The notes under the pieces are model-generated. The model made no database searches. It was not told where the DNA came from and saw only the letters and a program-made list of their open reading frames with translations. The translations under genes were made by a program, and so were the position numbers. DNA of 64,000 nucleotides from the human T2T-CHM13v2.0 reference genome, Homo sapiens: assembly GCF_009914755.1 (NCBI RefSeq), contig NC_060927.1; one strand, written 5' to 3'. This document shows positions 27,031 to 42,759 of the stretch, in pieces. Each line of letters starts with the position of its first letter. Within the stretch, counting starts at the first letter, position 1.

Positions 27031-27069
27031 AGGCTCAAACCACCTAGCACCTGTTTCCCCCATCTATTC

Positions 27070-27500
27070 ATGCACCCCATCCAGCCAGCCATGGCTCCAT
27101 CCATTCATTCACCATGGGTTTGTTGAGTGCCCCCGACGTGTCCAATACCGTGCAGGTGCTGGGGAAACAGTGGTGGGCAAAGAACACACCTGCCCCTTTC
27201 TTCATGGAGTAAACAGACCACGAAGGAGGACTGACAAGCAACTGTAATCCAGTGAGATGAACACTGGGATAGGGCAAGTGCAGGGCACAGGGTGGATACA
27301 GGGAGGTGAGCCTAATGAGATGAGGGGGTGCCAGGGAGATCAAGAGGGGGTCCCGAAAGTAATGGCATCTCAGCTGAAATCTAAAGGCTGAAGAGGAGTG
27401 GGCCAGGGAAAGAGCTATGGGGTGAGGAGAGGAGGGTCAGGGAGAATGTCCCCAGCAGAAGACACCCTGGGCAAAGGCTGGAGGAGGCAAGTGACCATCT
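27070..27500 (-). mobile_element. L2
   Basis: cattcattc...ttgttgagtgcc...gtgctggggaaacagtggtg...ggcaaaggctggagg. Confidence 0.7.
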
Positions 27501-29889
27501 GGCTGGAGCCCAGAAGTAAGAAGGTGGGAGAGGAAAAGGGAGCCTGGAGAGGCCAGCACCGAGAAGACCCAATCTTCATCCCAGGCACTTTTTCCATGTT
27601 TATTTTCAAGGCCAAGTTAAACCCGGAAGAGATCATAGAAACTTCTTCCATGCACAGATGGAGAAAGGAAGGCAAAGGCCACAGAACACTTTCAGTGTAC
27701 ACTCAGAAGGGCAGGGCCCAGGACAGCCTCTGAGGGCAGCAAGAGAAGCCCTAGACAGTGGGCCCCACTGTAAGGAACATCTGCCACCCACCTAAAGCTG
27801 CAGGTTCTCTGCTGTTTCTCATAGAGGGACTGAGACAGGAATTGAAGGTTTACTACTAAAATCTACAGCCCTGGGCTACAGCAGCCCATCAGAGGCAAAC
27901 AAAAGTATGCTCCGCCTCTATGAAGGAAAAAAAAAGGGAAAAAGAACATCTCAACGGAGGCTGTGTGTTGTGGCATTCATTCATTTATCCATTCATTCAT
28001 TCAGCCAAGAACTCCCTAATGGACCACATCTTGCAAGCCCCAGATCACATGCTATGGAGGACTGAATGATGGCTGAACCTCAGTCCTTTCCTCAAAGACC
28101 TTCCAGTCTAGAAGAAACTGGGTCAACTCCAGACTTTCTACATAAGCAGAGCTTAGAGGTGGCAATCTTTTGGAAGCAGACACTAGGGAAATTGTCTTGA
28201 GGCTGGCTGAGAAGAATGAGACTCTATTTCCACTTAGATTATGTCTTTACCTGGGATGGCTTGAGGAGGTGAGGGTACAGAATGCCATGCAGTACAGTCA
28301 GCTAGTGGTGGGGTGGCAAAGAGATTCAAATGGAGTCCAGGGGGTCCAGAAGAAGGCAAGATGGGCCATATCTGGCTGAGCACATCAGGCAAGGCTTCTA
28401 GAAAGATGAGTCAAGGACTGAGGAGAATGGGGGAAGAGCATACGGGGGAAGGAAGCAGCCCAAGGGCACGGAGGTGGGGAGCCCAGAACTTACTGGAGGC
28501 TCGTTCGGGATGTTTGGCATGCAGCCATCAACAATGTGGAGAACGTGGAAGGGCAGCTGGAGAGGCAGGCTGGAGCCAGACCAAGAAGGTCCCGAGATGC
28601 CCAGAGAAGAGGTTGAACTTTGTCCTGAAGACAATGATGAGTCAGAGGATGTGACATCAGGGATGCATTTTAGGAATATTAATCTGGCCGACTAACGAGA
28701 TGGGTTGGAAAGGAGAGAATGAAGCCAAGAGGAGCAATTAAGAAGACCTGCCAGAACTGGTCAGAGAAGAAGAGACAGATGTGAGGAACACACTCTAAAC
28801 AACTGGATAACTGGCTGGACGGAAACAGCAGAGCCAAGGGGCATCCCAACATTTCAAGTCTGCAAGGATGACTGTGAAGTTCCCAGCAACAGGGTCAGCA
28901 GGTTGGAGGGAAGTGGCTGTCAGACATGGTAGGGTTGAATTGTCTAGGGGTGGCCAGCAAGGAGCTCAAGGGAGAGCCGAAGTAAGGAAAGGTATTGCTG
29001 CCTTTGAAAGCCCAGAGAGCCCAGGACAGGGTCAGAGATAAGCAGAAGCAGGCAACGGGAATCCAGTTGGAAAGGAACTGTCGAAGCTGCAAGGGAGAGA
29101 GAAGACAAGGATAGAACCGGGTTCCTGGGCAGAGCCCCTCCTGCTCCTCCCCACATCATCCATGTGTCCTATGGAAATGCTGTTCTAGATCCCCAACCTC
29201 TGCCTTAATGGTGTCTTATTTATTTCTGCACAGCTGGGCCTCCCTGAGTAGAATGTACTCTCCATGAGGGCAGGGATCATTGTCTGTTTGATTCACTGCT
29301 GTATCCCCTGTACCTAGAACATTGCCTGGCTCATCATAGGTGCTCAATCCTTGTTAAATGTCCTTGTTAAATCCTTATTAAATGTCCCATCCACATGTGC
29401 CTGACTTGGCCACAACCTCTAGAAAGGGGAAGTATGGGTAGCCAGCCATGTTGGCATAACATGATCCAGCCCTCTCCCTCCAGCGACTGGACCAGGAATG
29501 GATAGTGATCCAAGGTGGAGATGGGAGAGGGTGTCCACTCATAGGCTGGCCTCAGCCAGCCAATATTTCTCTCTCTCTCTGTGTCTCTCTCTCTCTGTCT
29601 CTCTAACATTTGAACCAAGACACAAGAGTTGAGGGCAGTTATGATAGGTACGAGCCCTAAAGCCACGCAGGCCCAGCTGACGGCCACCTTGGGCCAAGTG
29701 CAAAGTGAGCAGGGGGAGGAAGCCAGTCTGCAGAGACAGAGGCTGGAGAGTGGAGCAGACAGAAGCAGAGACAAACCCGGCATAGCCCCTGAGAGACGAG
29801 CAGTGTGGCCTCCATTCCCAAGCTTCCAGTTCCATCACCAGGAGGACAGGCCGAACTTTGTTCTCAGTCCCTGGACATTGTGGTGGTCT

Positions 29890-30278
29890 CTGTGATGGAC
29901 CACCAGATTCCCCTTCAGGAAGGAAGGCCTTATTCCTCAGTTGCTGGGACAGGTACTAGAAGACTGTCCTTGGCTGTCAGCCTTCTATAAAGATTGCCTT
30001 CCAGAGGCAGCCCACATCCACGACTGATCAACATGAGGGTATAACTTGTATAACTTGGGACAACTCTGAAGGGCCTCTCCAAGTCCCACAGTGCCCCGTG
30101 GAGTCAGCTGAGGCCTTCATTAGGACTACATCAGAGCTCAGCTTCTCGCTCTGGCCAGTCCTGCTGCCTTTGCCTGGCTTCCACAGTCGTTGATCCCAAT
30201 CAAACTCTCCAGTAAATGCCCCACATGCTCATTTCTATCTTAGCACCTTCCAGGGAGCATGGAACCCCACCTGTGACA
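29890..30278 (+). mobile_element. LTR16-like ERVL solo LTR
   Basis: tgtgatggaccaccagattcccc...ggagtcagctgaggcc...gttgatccc...ggaaccccacctgtgaca. Confidence 0.65.
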
Positions 30279-30444
30279 GCTGTAACGTTGCGTTTTATAT
30301 CCTTACAATAAACTCTTGTTACCTCACCCAGTATGAGTGAGTCTTGATTGGACTGATGGTACAGTTTTTGCAAAATCCATTTTAATTGCAATGACTCCTT
30401 CTTTTGCATTTCCCAAGAGCACTTACTACAGTGCTTTGCAAATA

Positions 30445-30630
30445 ATAACAATAATAATAATAGGTAACATTTACTGAGCAAATACTATGTGCTAGGCATT
30501 TGCCTAGCATTTTACAAGGATCATTTAATCCTCACAGCATCCTTGAGAGGCAAATACTATTATCTCCATTTTACAGATTTATAGAGAAAAAAACCTGAGG
30601 CATACCGTCTCAGAGTCACACAGTTATGAA
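30445..30630 (-). mobile_element. MIR
   Basis: taacatttactgagcaaatactatgtgctaggc...atttaatcctcacagc...tctccattttacaga. Confidence 0.8.
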
Positions 30631-32199
30631 AACCCAATCCACTCAACATATCCTTACCCACATTCTACCCCATCTCCTCCAACAAGGACACTCAACTACA
30701 ATGCCAAAGAAAGAGTCAATGATTTTGAGCTGGATGGGGGCCTGTATTCATCTAGGTTAGTCATTTTATTTTGTTAAGACCCAAAGGGATGACTTTTTAA
30801 TTTAATGTTCAAAGTCATGCAATGCAGTGGTAACATAGGAACATTTAACACAGACATAATCAAAATATACACATGGAGGGAAAGAGAGTGACAAAAAGAT
30901 CTTTTAAATAATACATCTTGCTATATGTACTCTAATTATGACATATTATTGTATACATTATACATATACATATGTTATCGTATAGTGTTGTATGCACTAA
31001 ATCATGTGCATTATATTCTAAGGGCAATTTTAGGGACTGTGGCCCGACAGGCTGACTTTGGAATTGAAACCCCTGTAAGATGGGATCTGCCTCTGAAGAA
31101 GCTGACAGCAAGAACAGGGCAGCAGTCCGGGGCTCCTGACTCACGATCCAGCTTCCCCCCACCACTCCCACCCACGTCCCCTCCACTTGTTTATCTGGTT
31201 TGAGTTCAACAAAACCAAGCCAGCTCTGAGCACTGAAGCACTGCCATTTAGGAAAATTCAAGAGCTGAGACCCAAGCTCTTGAGAAATCCACGTGAATTA
31301 CCCCACTGCAGCCCCGCTTTCCAGATCACTGTTTCTAATTAAAGCCCTGGCTGACACATGACGTAGCTCCTTGGGAAGCATCCCATCACACCACACACTC
31401 TCCCAGATGTCCCTGGGTTTCTCCTCCTTGCCTTTTTCATTGGCATTCTCACCCTCATCACCAAACAGTGTTCATTTCTTCACCACCGCCGCCCCTGGGG
31501 AATGAGGTAAGACGCTAAACAACGTAACTCAAAATAGACTGGCTTCCAGCTCTTACAGGAGAGAGGGCCTGAGGATACAGGATGAGACTCAAATATCTCA
31601 GCCCCAGTCCACCTCGCCTCCCCCTGCTCAGCCCCACCCCCCATCAAGTTCACCATTTCCCAAGACATTGCAGCTTCATTCCTACCTCTACGTCTCAAGG
31701 CCCCACCCCACTCCTCTCCAGTTACTTAAATTCCATCCTTCCTTCAATTCCCAGTATAAGCACCAACTCCTCCGTGAAGACTTTCCTGTTCACGTGATAG
31801 AAACCAGAGAGCCCAAGGAACATGAAGTATCACCAACTGCGGGCTGAGCGGCCAACTGAAGTTTTATTTAACATATCAAGTGTTGCAGAGCTCAGGGTGC
31901 TAAAATTTTTTGTTGCAAGCTCTCAAAAGTCAGGACATTCCACATAAAACTGGCTTTCTGGATTATCTTGAAAAAACCAGTGATCTAGAAACACCAAACT
32001 TCCTTCCCACAATGCAACAATGAAAGGGAGTAGAAACTGCCCTCTCTAGAACTTTTTTTTTTTTTTGCACAAAGGTTTAGCTTTGCTTTTTTGCTTTGTT
32101 CTCTTTATAATCAATGGTTATATAAATTTGCAACCAACATATTTCATCAATCTCCAGGCTCAGAGGTGGTTTGTTTTATGTTTTTTGTTTTTTGTTTTT

Positions 32200-33800
<1,601 letters not shown>

Positions 33801-34258
33801 TAAGCCTGGTTTGGGACTCTGCCTGTCAAGGGGCACTTTAAGACCCATTTGCTTTCCCTTAATGTATTCCAGGGAAGCTATCATTTGGTCTTGTCACTAA
33901 AGCATTGAGGCTTTGGCCCAGGAGTAGGGAAGAACTGCACTGGCAGGGAAGCAAGATCTAGTAACGTATTTCCCAAGGGACTTGGACTAGTTCTGGGAGG
34001 GTGACAGCAGTGAGGAAAAGCCTGAGTGTGTATTTCAACAGACAGGAGGCAGCCAAGCAGAGCAGGGCCTAGACCTCAAAGGGGCATCCCCTGTACCCTT
34101 CATTCCCAAATAAGTAAAAATATTTATTAAGACCCTACTCTGTGCCCCTAAGCACCCTAGTTTTCTTTAATATTCCAAGTATAGATCCATGGGTTGATCT
34201 GAACCTTTCAAGATGTTTCTATTTGTAGTGGGGTATGTTTCTTGAGCATAATGAATAC

Positions 34259-34634
34259 TGTATTAGTCTGTTCTCACACCGCTAAAAAGAACAACCTGAG
34301 ACTGGGTAATTTATAAAGAAAATTTATAATTGACTCGCAGTTGCACAGGCTATACAGGAGGCGTGACTGGGAGGCCTCCAGAAACTTATAATCACGGCAG
34401 AAGGGCGAAGGGGAAGCAAGCACGTCTTCACATGGTGGCAGCAGAGAAAGAGTAAAGGGGGATGTGCTACACTCTTCCAAACATCCCAGATCTCATGAGA
34501 ACTCACTATCACAAGAACAGCAAGGGGGAAATCCACCCCCATGATCCAATCACCTCCCACCAGGTCCCCCTCCAACACTGGGAATTACAATTCCACGTGA
34601 GATTAGGGTGGGGACACAGAGCCAAACCATATCA
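34259..34634 (-). mobile_element. MSTA-type MaLR solo LTR
   Basis: tgtattagtc...gccaaaccatatca; perfect 5-bp TSD aatac (34254-58, 34635-39). Confidence 0.92.
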
Positions 34635-34659
34635 AATACCATAAGAGCAACTTAAAGAT

Positions 34660-34870
34660 AATAACAATAACATGTATTTGTTGAGTGTTCACTATACACT
34701 AGGTACTGTCTAAGCACTTTACACACATTAGCAAGTTTTAGCCTTAAAACAGGATGCTGTTGTCCTTATTTTATGGAAAGGAAATGGTAGCTTGCCCAAG
34801 GCCCACAGTTGGTAACGGCAGAGTAATGATAGAGTCTGTCCCCAGAGTCCCTACTCTTGGCCACTATACC
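34660..34870 (-). mobile_element. MIR
   Basis: ttgttgagtgttcactatacactaggtactg...gcttgcccaaggcccacagttggtaa. Confidence 0.7.
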
Positions 34871-36231
34871 ACTGACCTTCTCTAAATTATGCTGGGGGAT
34901 ACCAGGAATTAAAGAGAATCCTAAGAGGAAAATGAAACCCAGGCTAAACAGTTGAGGACAACTTATACATCTATAACCCACACATATGTAAATGTCACAC
35001 TGTTAAAATACAAACTGCTACAGTCAGGGGGACAACTAATGATGTGACACAGGAAGTAATCCTACAGGAAAAGTTTTCAGCTCGAGGGAAGATTCTTCAA
35101 GGGGAGACTCAGACCCACAAGTTTCTCTTTTACTACTCAGTGAATAACAGCTGTTGTTATTTTCACCTAATCCTTTTTGTAGTCTCTGAAAGTCCACCTA
35201 AAATAACCCTTCCAGGTATTATCAAGAAGTACTGCCCCTGGCTGAGCCCACCAGGACTGTCACGACAACCCCAAGGCTGTGCTCCAGGAGCCTGCTCGGG
35301 CCTGTAACAAATTGTAAAAGAGCAAAGCTGCTTCCTACTGAGGTAGGACCATGTGACCAAATCAGGGCTTCTCTCCGGCTCTCCTGTCCGCTCAAACCTG
35401 GGAGGGTTCTGTAGGATACTATTACAGAAGCTGGTTCTTTACAAGGAGGTGGGGTGGGGAGGGATTCTAGTCAGATTGGAGGTCTTATTAGCCAGGTTCT
35501 CCTTGAGGTTTTGCTCAAACGCCAGAGAAGGGCAGTTGCTCATTCACATGCAGCCCCCTGTTAATGTGACTAGACATATAGGTCCACTGTCAATATTAAG
35601 GCCTTTCAGCTGTCACCAGTGGAGTTTATTTCACAGTCATATTCCCTGAGGTTCACATAGCACTTTGCTGTTTGAACAATCATGTTCGATTGTGTGATTG
35701 AACTGATTCTCAAAAATACCCCCGGTATTCATTCATTATCCCCATGTTCCAGGTGGGAAATTATCCCATATCACCTGCAGGTCCCACAGGCAGAAAGTGG
35801 CAAAGCTGGGGCTCAAATCACTCACTTAAACCACCTCTGCAGAGAAATTTAAGAAGCTATTCTCTCTCTTTGCACAGTAGGGAAAGCACAGAATCTCAGA
35901 CAGACTAACGCAGTTGTTCCGTTCCTCAGATCCCATTTGCAGTGCAGGTCTGAGTCTCTCCTGTGGGACTCAACACTACAAATCCCTTGACAACAGGTAA
36001 GCTCTCACTCTAACCTGCACCATGACCCACAACTCAGGCATGGGAAGGCCTCAGCTGCCTGCAGGAAACATAGCCGTGGGCTGACCCAAATGAAATGCCC
36101 TCCCACTCTCCAAGCCTCTCTGACAGAGCCCATCGGCAGCCAGAGGAGGAAGAGTCTCCCCTACTCACCCTAGTCTCTGCGCTGCTCACATGCCTGAGAT
36201 GGAGCTCCTCGGATACCAGTTCTGGCCCAAA

Positions 36232-36263
36232 CAAGGTCAAAGGGCACCAAAGGTCAAAGGGCC
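36232..36263 (+). promoter_or_regulatory. Composite nuclear-receptor element (DR1-DR4-DR1)
   Basis: AGGTCA-a-AGGGCA-ccaa-AGGTCA-a-AGGGCC; motif only, function untested. Confidence 0.5.
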
Positions 36264-36790
36264 TCTGTTCCAGGTTCCAACTCGTGTTCTGTACTGGGGT
36301 CCTCGGGCCATCACTCTCTTTGCCTGCCCACCTAGAACCAAGGTGCTAACACCTGCCTATCCCAAGAACCCTCCCCACCACCCACCATCCCACCAGACTC
36401 CTGTTGGTATATTCCCAGCCTCGGCCCATTTCTTGGTGCTTGTCAGTCCGTGTAGATCCCTGATGATATGTCCTCTCGCTTTTCACATCTGCTGACTGTC
36501 CTGACGGGACCTGCCTTCTGGGGCCAATGCTTCAAATCACTTACCTCCCCCGGCCAGCTCGCCTGGCCTCACCACCCACCTCCTTCTTATCTCTGCCACC
36601 TGGGCCACTGTAGGACACCATCATTGGATCTATTTGTCTTTCACTTAACAAATAATCAGCAAGCGTGACAGGGCCCCCTGCCGCCACATCAGTGAGAGAG
36701 ATAAGGGCAACAAAGACACGATCCTGGGCTACATAACCACTCAACAGTTAAAGACACATAACCTGGGTTTTAAACAATTTTGTGTTTATC

Positions 36791-36860
36791 CCATGACACA
36801 CAGTTTACCCATATAACAAACCTGCACGTATACCCCGATCCTAAAATAAAAGTTAAAATC
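36791..36860 (+). mobile_element. Short L1P 3' tip
   Basis: catgacacacagtttacccatataacaaacctgcacgtatacccc...ctaaaataaaagtt. Confidence 0.8.
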
Positions 36861-37204
36861 ATAATAATGTTGTGTTTATATTCTTGCCTTCCAAGTAGAC
36901 AATATGCCCCTGAGAGTAAGAACCACATCTCACACTTGTCCCACTTTGCCTCCCCCAACTATAAGTGCGCCACATGGAGCCTTTCCCCAGTGCTTGCCAG
37001 AAGAGGCCAATACTGTCACCCTGCCCGTTATTTTTTTAAATGATGATATACACTGCAAAATGAGAATATGGAAAGCAGAAGATGGAAGAAGGAAGAGGGA
37101 GTCTGCCTGTAAGGCCCACCTGAGAAGGAATGGACACTCATCTCTCCCATCATCATCCAGCCTGCCTCAGGATGCTTTCCAAAAAACTATTCAAGGCCCT
37201 GTCA

Positions 37205-37990
37205 GATCAGGTAGTGGTTGAGAATGTAAGCTCTGGAGCCAGGCTGCCTGGGTTCAAATCCCAGTGTTACCACTGGCTACCTGTGGCCTTGGGCAAGTCA
37301 TTTAATTGCTCAGAGTAATACCTACCTCACAGGGTTATGGTGCAGATTAAAGAGTGAATAAGAGTTAATATATGTTGTGGTGGTTTTATAATACTACCAT
37401 AAATTCTTTGACCTTCTCTCTTTAAAAGAGACCTAAGAGCATCCTTCACCTCCCCCTAAGTGTGGGACATATTTAGTGACTTGCTTCCAAATGAATAGAA
37501 TATGGCAGAGTTGATGGTGTATGACTTCCAAGCCTAGGTCATACAAGGCATTGTGGACTCCTCCTTATTTTTTCTCTGAGGGAGCATTCAACCTGGAAGC
37601 CAGCTGCCATGCTGAGGATGCTCAAGCAGCCCTATAGAGAGGTCCACGTGGCGAGGAACTCAGGCCTCCAGCCAACAGCCATGTAGTCGGCCACTGTGGA
37701 AGCTGATCCTCCAGTCCCAGTTAAGCCTTTAGCTGACTGCAGCACTAGCAAGATCTTGACTGTAAGCTCATGGGAAACCCTGAGCCAGAACCATCCAACT
37801 AAGCCATTCCTGATTCTTGACCCATGGAAACTGTGTCATATGAGAAGTGTTTGTTTTAAACTGGTACATTTTGGAATAATTTATTTCACAGCAATAAATA
37901 TTACATATGTGAAGAATTGATACACGTAAAGGGTTAATAGAGACTTGGAACAGTTTCTGGCTTACACAAAGTGCTTAATATTATTTTATA
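37205..37990 (+). mobile_element. MIR interrupted by an MLT1E/F LTR (~37375-37910)
   Basis: ctggagccaggctgcctgggttcaaatccc (MIR); gagaggtccacgtggcgaggaactcaggcc...gaaaccctgagccagaacca (MLT1). Confidence 0.8.
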
Positions 37991-38039
37991 ATAATAATAC
38001 TAGGCTATGTACTATTCCCCAAGTTTATCACACATTTTA

Positions 38040-38500
38040 AAATTTAGAAAAATACAACTTGAGCACCAAAATAAATAATGATTGTAATGGATATAAACCA
38101 TTGAATAAAATAGAAAATAATGAGTCCATGCTGATATAAATGAATAAATGAAAGAATAAACAAACACATAAAGGAGAGGTAAAAGCTCTATCTTGCAGCA
38201 GAATTCCAAATATAATGGTAGAAGGAATGATGGAATTATAAAAATCACCATTTGACAAAACATGCTAAAACTAGAGGGTGAATGTTTGACGAGGAATTGA
38301 ATATTTATGCAGTCTCAAAGGAGTGCCTACAAAATGCTTATTAAATACTAATTAATTAATGAGAACAAAATACTTGTTAATTAACTTTGCAACGGAGAAA
38401 CCTGGCAGATACCACCTTAATCAACTGATAAATGTCAGTATCACCAGTAATGGGACAAATCAACATCACATGACTGCTGATATGCTCCACTGAAAAGAAC
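38040..38500 (+). mobile_element. L1MC4/5-type fragment
   Basis: atgagtccatgctgatataaatgaataaat...tggcagataccaccttaatcaactgat...tcaccagtaatgggacaaat. Confidence 0.7.
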
Positions 38501-39059
38501 TCCCATGGGCCAGTGCCTCTCTTGCTCATCGCTTTATCCCCAACAGTGGTTCATATGCAGGGGCAGCTCCTGGTTCCTGGGTGCTGTGTGCCAGACACTG
38601 CACCAAAAAGCACAAGACACGTGTCATCTCATTGGATCTTCACATTGCCTCTAAGCTCTGAGAAGTGAAACAACTTGCCCAAGGTCACGTGGGCTGGAAG
38701 AGGCAGAGATAGGATATAAACCCTGCTCTATCTCCACATTGGACTGGCTCCCTTGGGCACTCAATAAATGCTGAATTGAGTCCTTTCTGCAGCTCCAGGA
38801 GGTTTCTCGGAAACCAGGGTAGTTGCCCAGGACAGAGTTGCATTCTCCTTTCCTTTGATAAATATCAGTACCAACAAAAGGAGGGAGAAAAGTGCTAGAT
38901 GTCGAATCCAAAGGTTGCAGTTTCAGCTTTGCTCCTCATGCACAGGGATCTCACTCATGCTGGCTGGGTCTCCATCTGCCCCAACTTTAGACCAGGCCAG
39001 TAGCTTTCAAACTTCTTTTAAGCAGCCAAATTTTTTTTCAAGCAAACCTTTGTCAAAAC

Positions 39060-39525
39060 CTCAATGTAGCATCATTCACAACAGCCAAAAGGTAGAAGCA
39101 ATCCAAGTGTCCATGGGTAGATGGACTGGATGAACAAGGTGTGCTATATCCACATAGTGGAATAGTCTTCATCCTTCAGAGACAGGAAATCCTGTCATAT
39201 GCCACAACATGAATGAACTTGAAGACATGCTAAGTGAAATAAGCCAGTCACAAAAGACAAATACTGTATGACTCTACTTACATGAGAGACCTAGAGTCGT
39301 CAAGTTCATAGAGACAGAGAGAGGAGTGCTGGGTGCCAGGGACTGAGAGAAATGGGGAGTGGGTTTCAGTTGCGGAAGAAAAAAAAGTTCTGGAGATGGA
39401 TGTAGGTGACAGTTGCACAAGAATTTGAATGTACTTAATGCCACTGAACTACACACTTAAAAATGGTTAAAATGCCAAATTTTATGTTATGTCTATTTTG
39501 CCACAATTCAGCAAATAAAAATAAC
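39060..39525 (+). mobile_element. L1MB 3' end
   Basis: cattcacaacagccaaaaggtagaagcaatccaagtgtcc...gtacttaatgccactgaact...aaaatggttaaaa. Confidence 0.88.
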
Positions 39526-40059
39526 CTCAGTATATGCAAAGATGAAGCAAAAATAGGGAATGGGATATTAAGATGCCCCCTTTACACACCTCCCCCCAAG
39601 ATAACTGCAAAGAATCCTCCTCCCTGAGGAGTACATGGGCGATTTCAATCCTAATATTTGGGGCTCTGGGAGCAACATCTGCCTGTGGAACTTGCTGCCA
39701 ACAATTTTGAATCCTGAGTGATCCCTGCTCCTTCTGGTCCACTTGCAGGCCCCTGGGATTAAGCCCCGCCAGATAAACCACAGTGAGGGCAACACCTCCA
39801 ACACAGGGAAAAGGATGACCTGGCAGGTGGGGGCACACACAGCGTGGGGAGCTGGCCATGGGTGAAGCACCAAGGGTGGGCAAGGCTAAGGAGCATGAGC
39901 TCTTAGAGCCCAGCAGCATGGCCGGACTCTGGGCAAGTGATTAACCTCACTGAGTCTCAGCTTCCACATCTGTGAAATGGAAACAACAATGGGAGTACTT
40001 ACCTTGTAGGGTGTTTTGAGGTTTAGTTGAAATAGTGTAAATGACTCCAAAAGGGGCAA

Positions 40060-40312
40060 GCCAGTACAGCAGAGGCAGTGTCTGGCAGTGGATGAAGGTC
40101 GGGATTTGGAGGCAGGCTGAATTTCAGTCTCAGCTCTGCCACTTATCAGCTCTGTGATTTTGAGAAAGTTATTTACCCTGTCTGTGCTTCACTTTCTGCA
40201 TCCATAAAAAGAGGGAGGTCACCGTACCTGCTTCTTAGGTGATTATGAAGACTATGTGGGCTGATACAGGTAGAACAATTCCTGGGACACAGTCAGTGTT
40301 CAATAAACATGA
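40060..40312 (+). mobile_element. MIR
   Basis: ctcagctctgccacttatcagctctgtgattttgagaaagttattt...gtgttcaataaa. Confidence 0.75.
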
Positions 40313-41125
40313 ACAATCGCTGTTAACATCATCTGGCCCAGGCCTCAGTCTGTCCAGGCTGCCCTGGCTGAGATCAAGAGGGATGGAGCCACATGAGAGG
40401 AGCCAGTCTGTCCGGGCCAAACCCAACACAGGCATCAGCGCCCACTCTCGTGGGAGAGATCACTTCCAACCTGCGGCTCCAAGCTAAGGCGGCAGGGCCT
40501 GGGGCCTCCTCCAGGGCGGTTCAACCAGCGAAGGAAGCAGAAAAGAAGGAAATAAGACTGTTTTCCAGTCTTCCCTCAAAAACAAGCAGACGGTGCGGCT
40601 CCCTTCACCGGCCTGACATTTGCTCGGCTTTTGGTATTGACCGAAGGCGTTTTGAATGTGGCTGCCCCTTGGCCTTCCCCTAGGTCTTGGCCTGTGGCTC
40701 ATCACTGAAGTGGGGCTAAATTTAAGCCATGCGGCCACTCAGGCCCAGCTAGAAGGCTGCCGCTGTCAAAGCAGAGGGGGCAGGGGAGGTGGGGTACACA
40801 GGAAAAAGGTGGCAGACCCCAAAGGGCTTCCAGATGTTGGGATCGGCCTGGCCTGAACCACTGCAAGGATCTCTGCTCCATACTCCTAGCTGCAACAGGT
40901 TGTAGAAATAAGGCCTCTGCACAGTCAGGGCTGGGGTGAGTCAGAGACCCTGGGATCCCACCGGTGGGAAACATCCCTATAGGAAACACTGACACTCCCA
41001 GTGGAAACCCTTGTCATTGTCACCACTGGGGTAGACTCAGCTCAACTCCTTGCAGATGAGGAAGTTGGGACTTAGTACCCATTGTTTCCATTGAATGCGC
41101 ACCCACTATTCCAGGCACCGTATGA

Positions 41126-41852
<727 letters not shown>

Positions 41853-42759
41853 TGAAAAACAGCTCAGAGGCATCTGATATCACATGCTAAGCATCTCCTT
41901 GCTGGTTGAACACATATCATCTTCCTTGCCAAACAATATAGGTATTTCAGGTAAATATCATGGCCACTCAGTACTTCAGATAGCCTCTACTACTGTCGGC
42001 GTCTACAGTGTTCATACCACACCTTGAGGTTAGGTGATCTTCCCTTTGATCCACAGAGAAATCCTCCTTTTACAGATAAGAAAACAGGTAAAGTCATGCT
42101 TGGTAAATAAGCCAGTAGGAAGGTTCCTGTGGCTACCAACCCAGTGCCAGCCCAGTCTGTTTCCCTGCTCCGTCTCTGGGTCTCCAGGTGAGTGGAGTCC
42201 CATGATCCCATACATTTTGGAGCCAGCACCTGCCCTGTGGTTCCCCTTGGGGGATGCAGAGGCAGGCTGGGCTTAGCTAGGGTCGAAGGTCAGGCCTTTG
42301 AGCCAGGAGGATGCCCCAGGGCCTGGGTCTGCTGGCAGTCTCCAGTGCCACATTCAGAGGAAAAAAGGGGGCCCCCCAGTGGAGGCCTATCTTCCTGCCA
42401 TCTTCTCCTACCAGGAAGGGAGGGTCATGCTACCTGGGTCTGGGAAAGAGCCATGCTGGAGCGAGATGCCCACCATGTTGGCCAGCAAGTCAGGCAGCCA
42501 TGGGGCCCTTCCCAGGGAAGGCCCCAGCACAAGCCTCATGTCCTGCTCTGGAGAGAAACCTGAAGTGCATGAGTCCCTTCCCTGTCCCTCTTCTCTGCTC
42601 CTAACCCCCTCCTTCATCATCCCTGTGAGCCACAAACCCCACCAAGGCGTCATTCCTTCCTCCTGGTTCTCTCAGACTTTCCGATTCCTTTCTGATCTTT
42701 CTGTTTCTTCTGCTCTACTGCAAAGATACTGCCTCACAGGCTTAGCTCTTTCCAGGGTT

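Noticed and set aside
35100-35650. Possible LTR or unclassified repeat
   Set aside because: I could not match it to a family or find termini or a TSD by eye.
40768-40786. CTCF-like AGCAGAGGGGGCA (similar word at ~11526)
   Set aside because: Lacks the 5' CC core positions; too weak without ChIP data.
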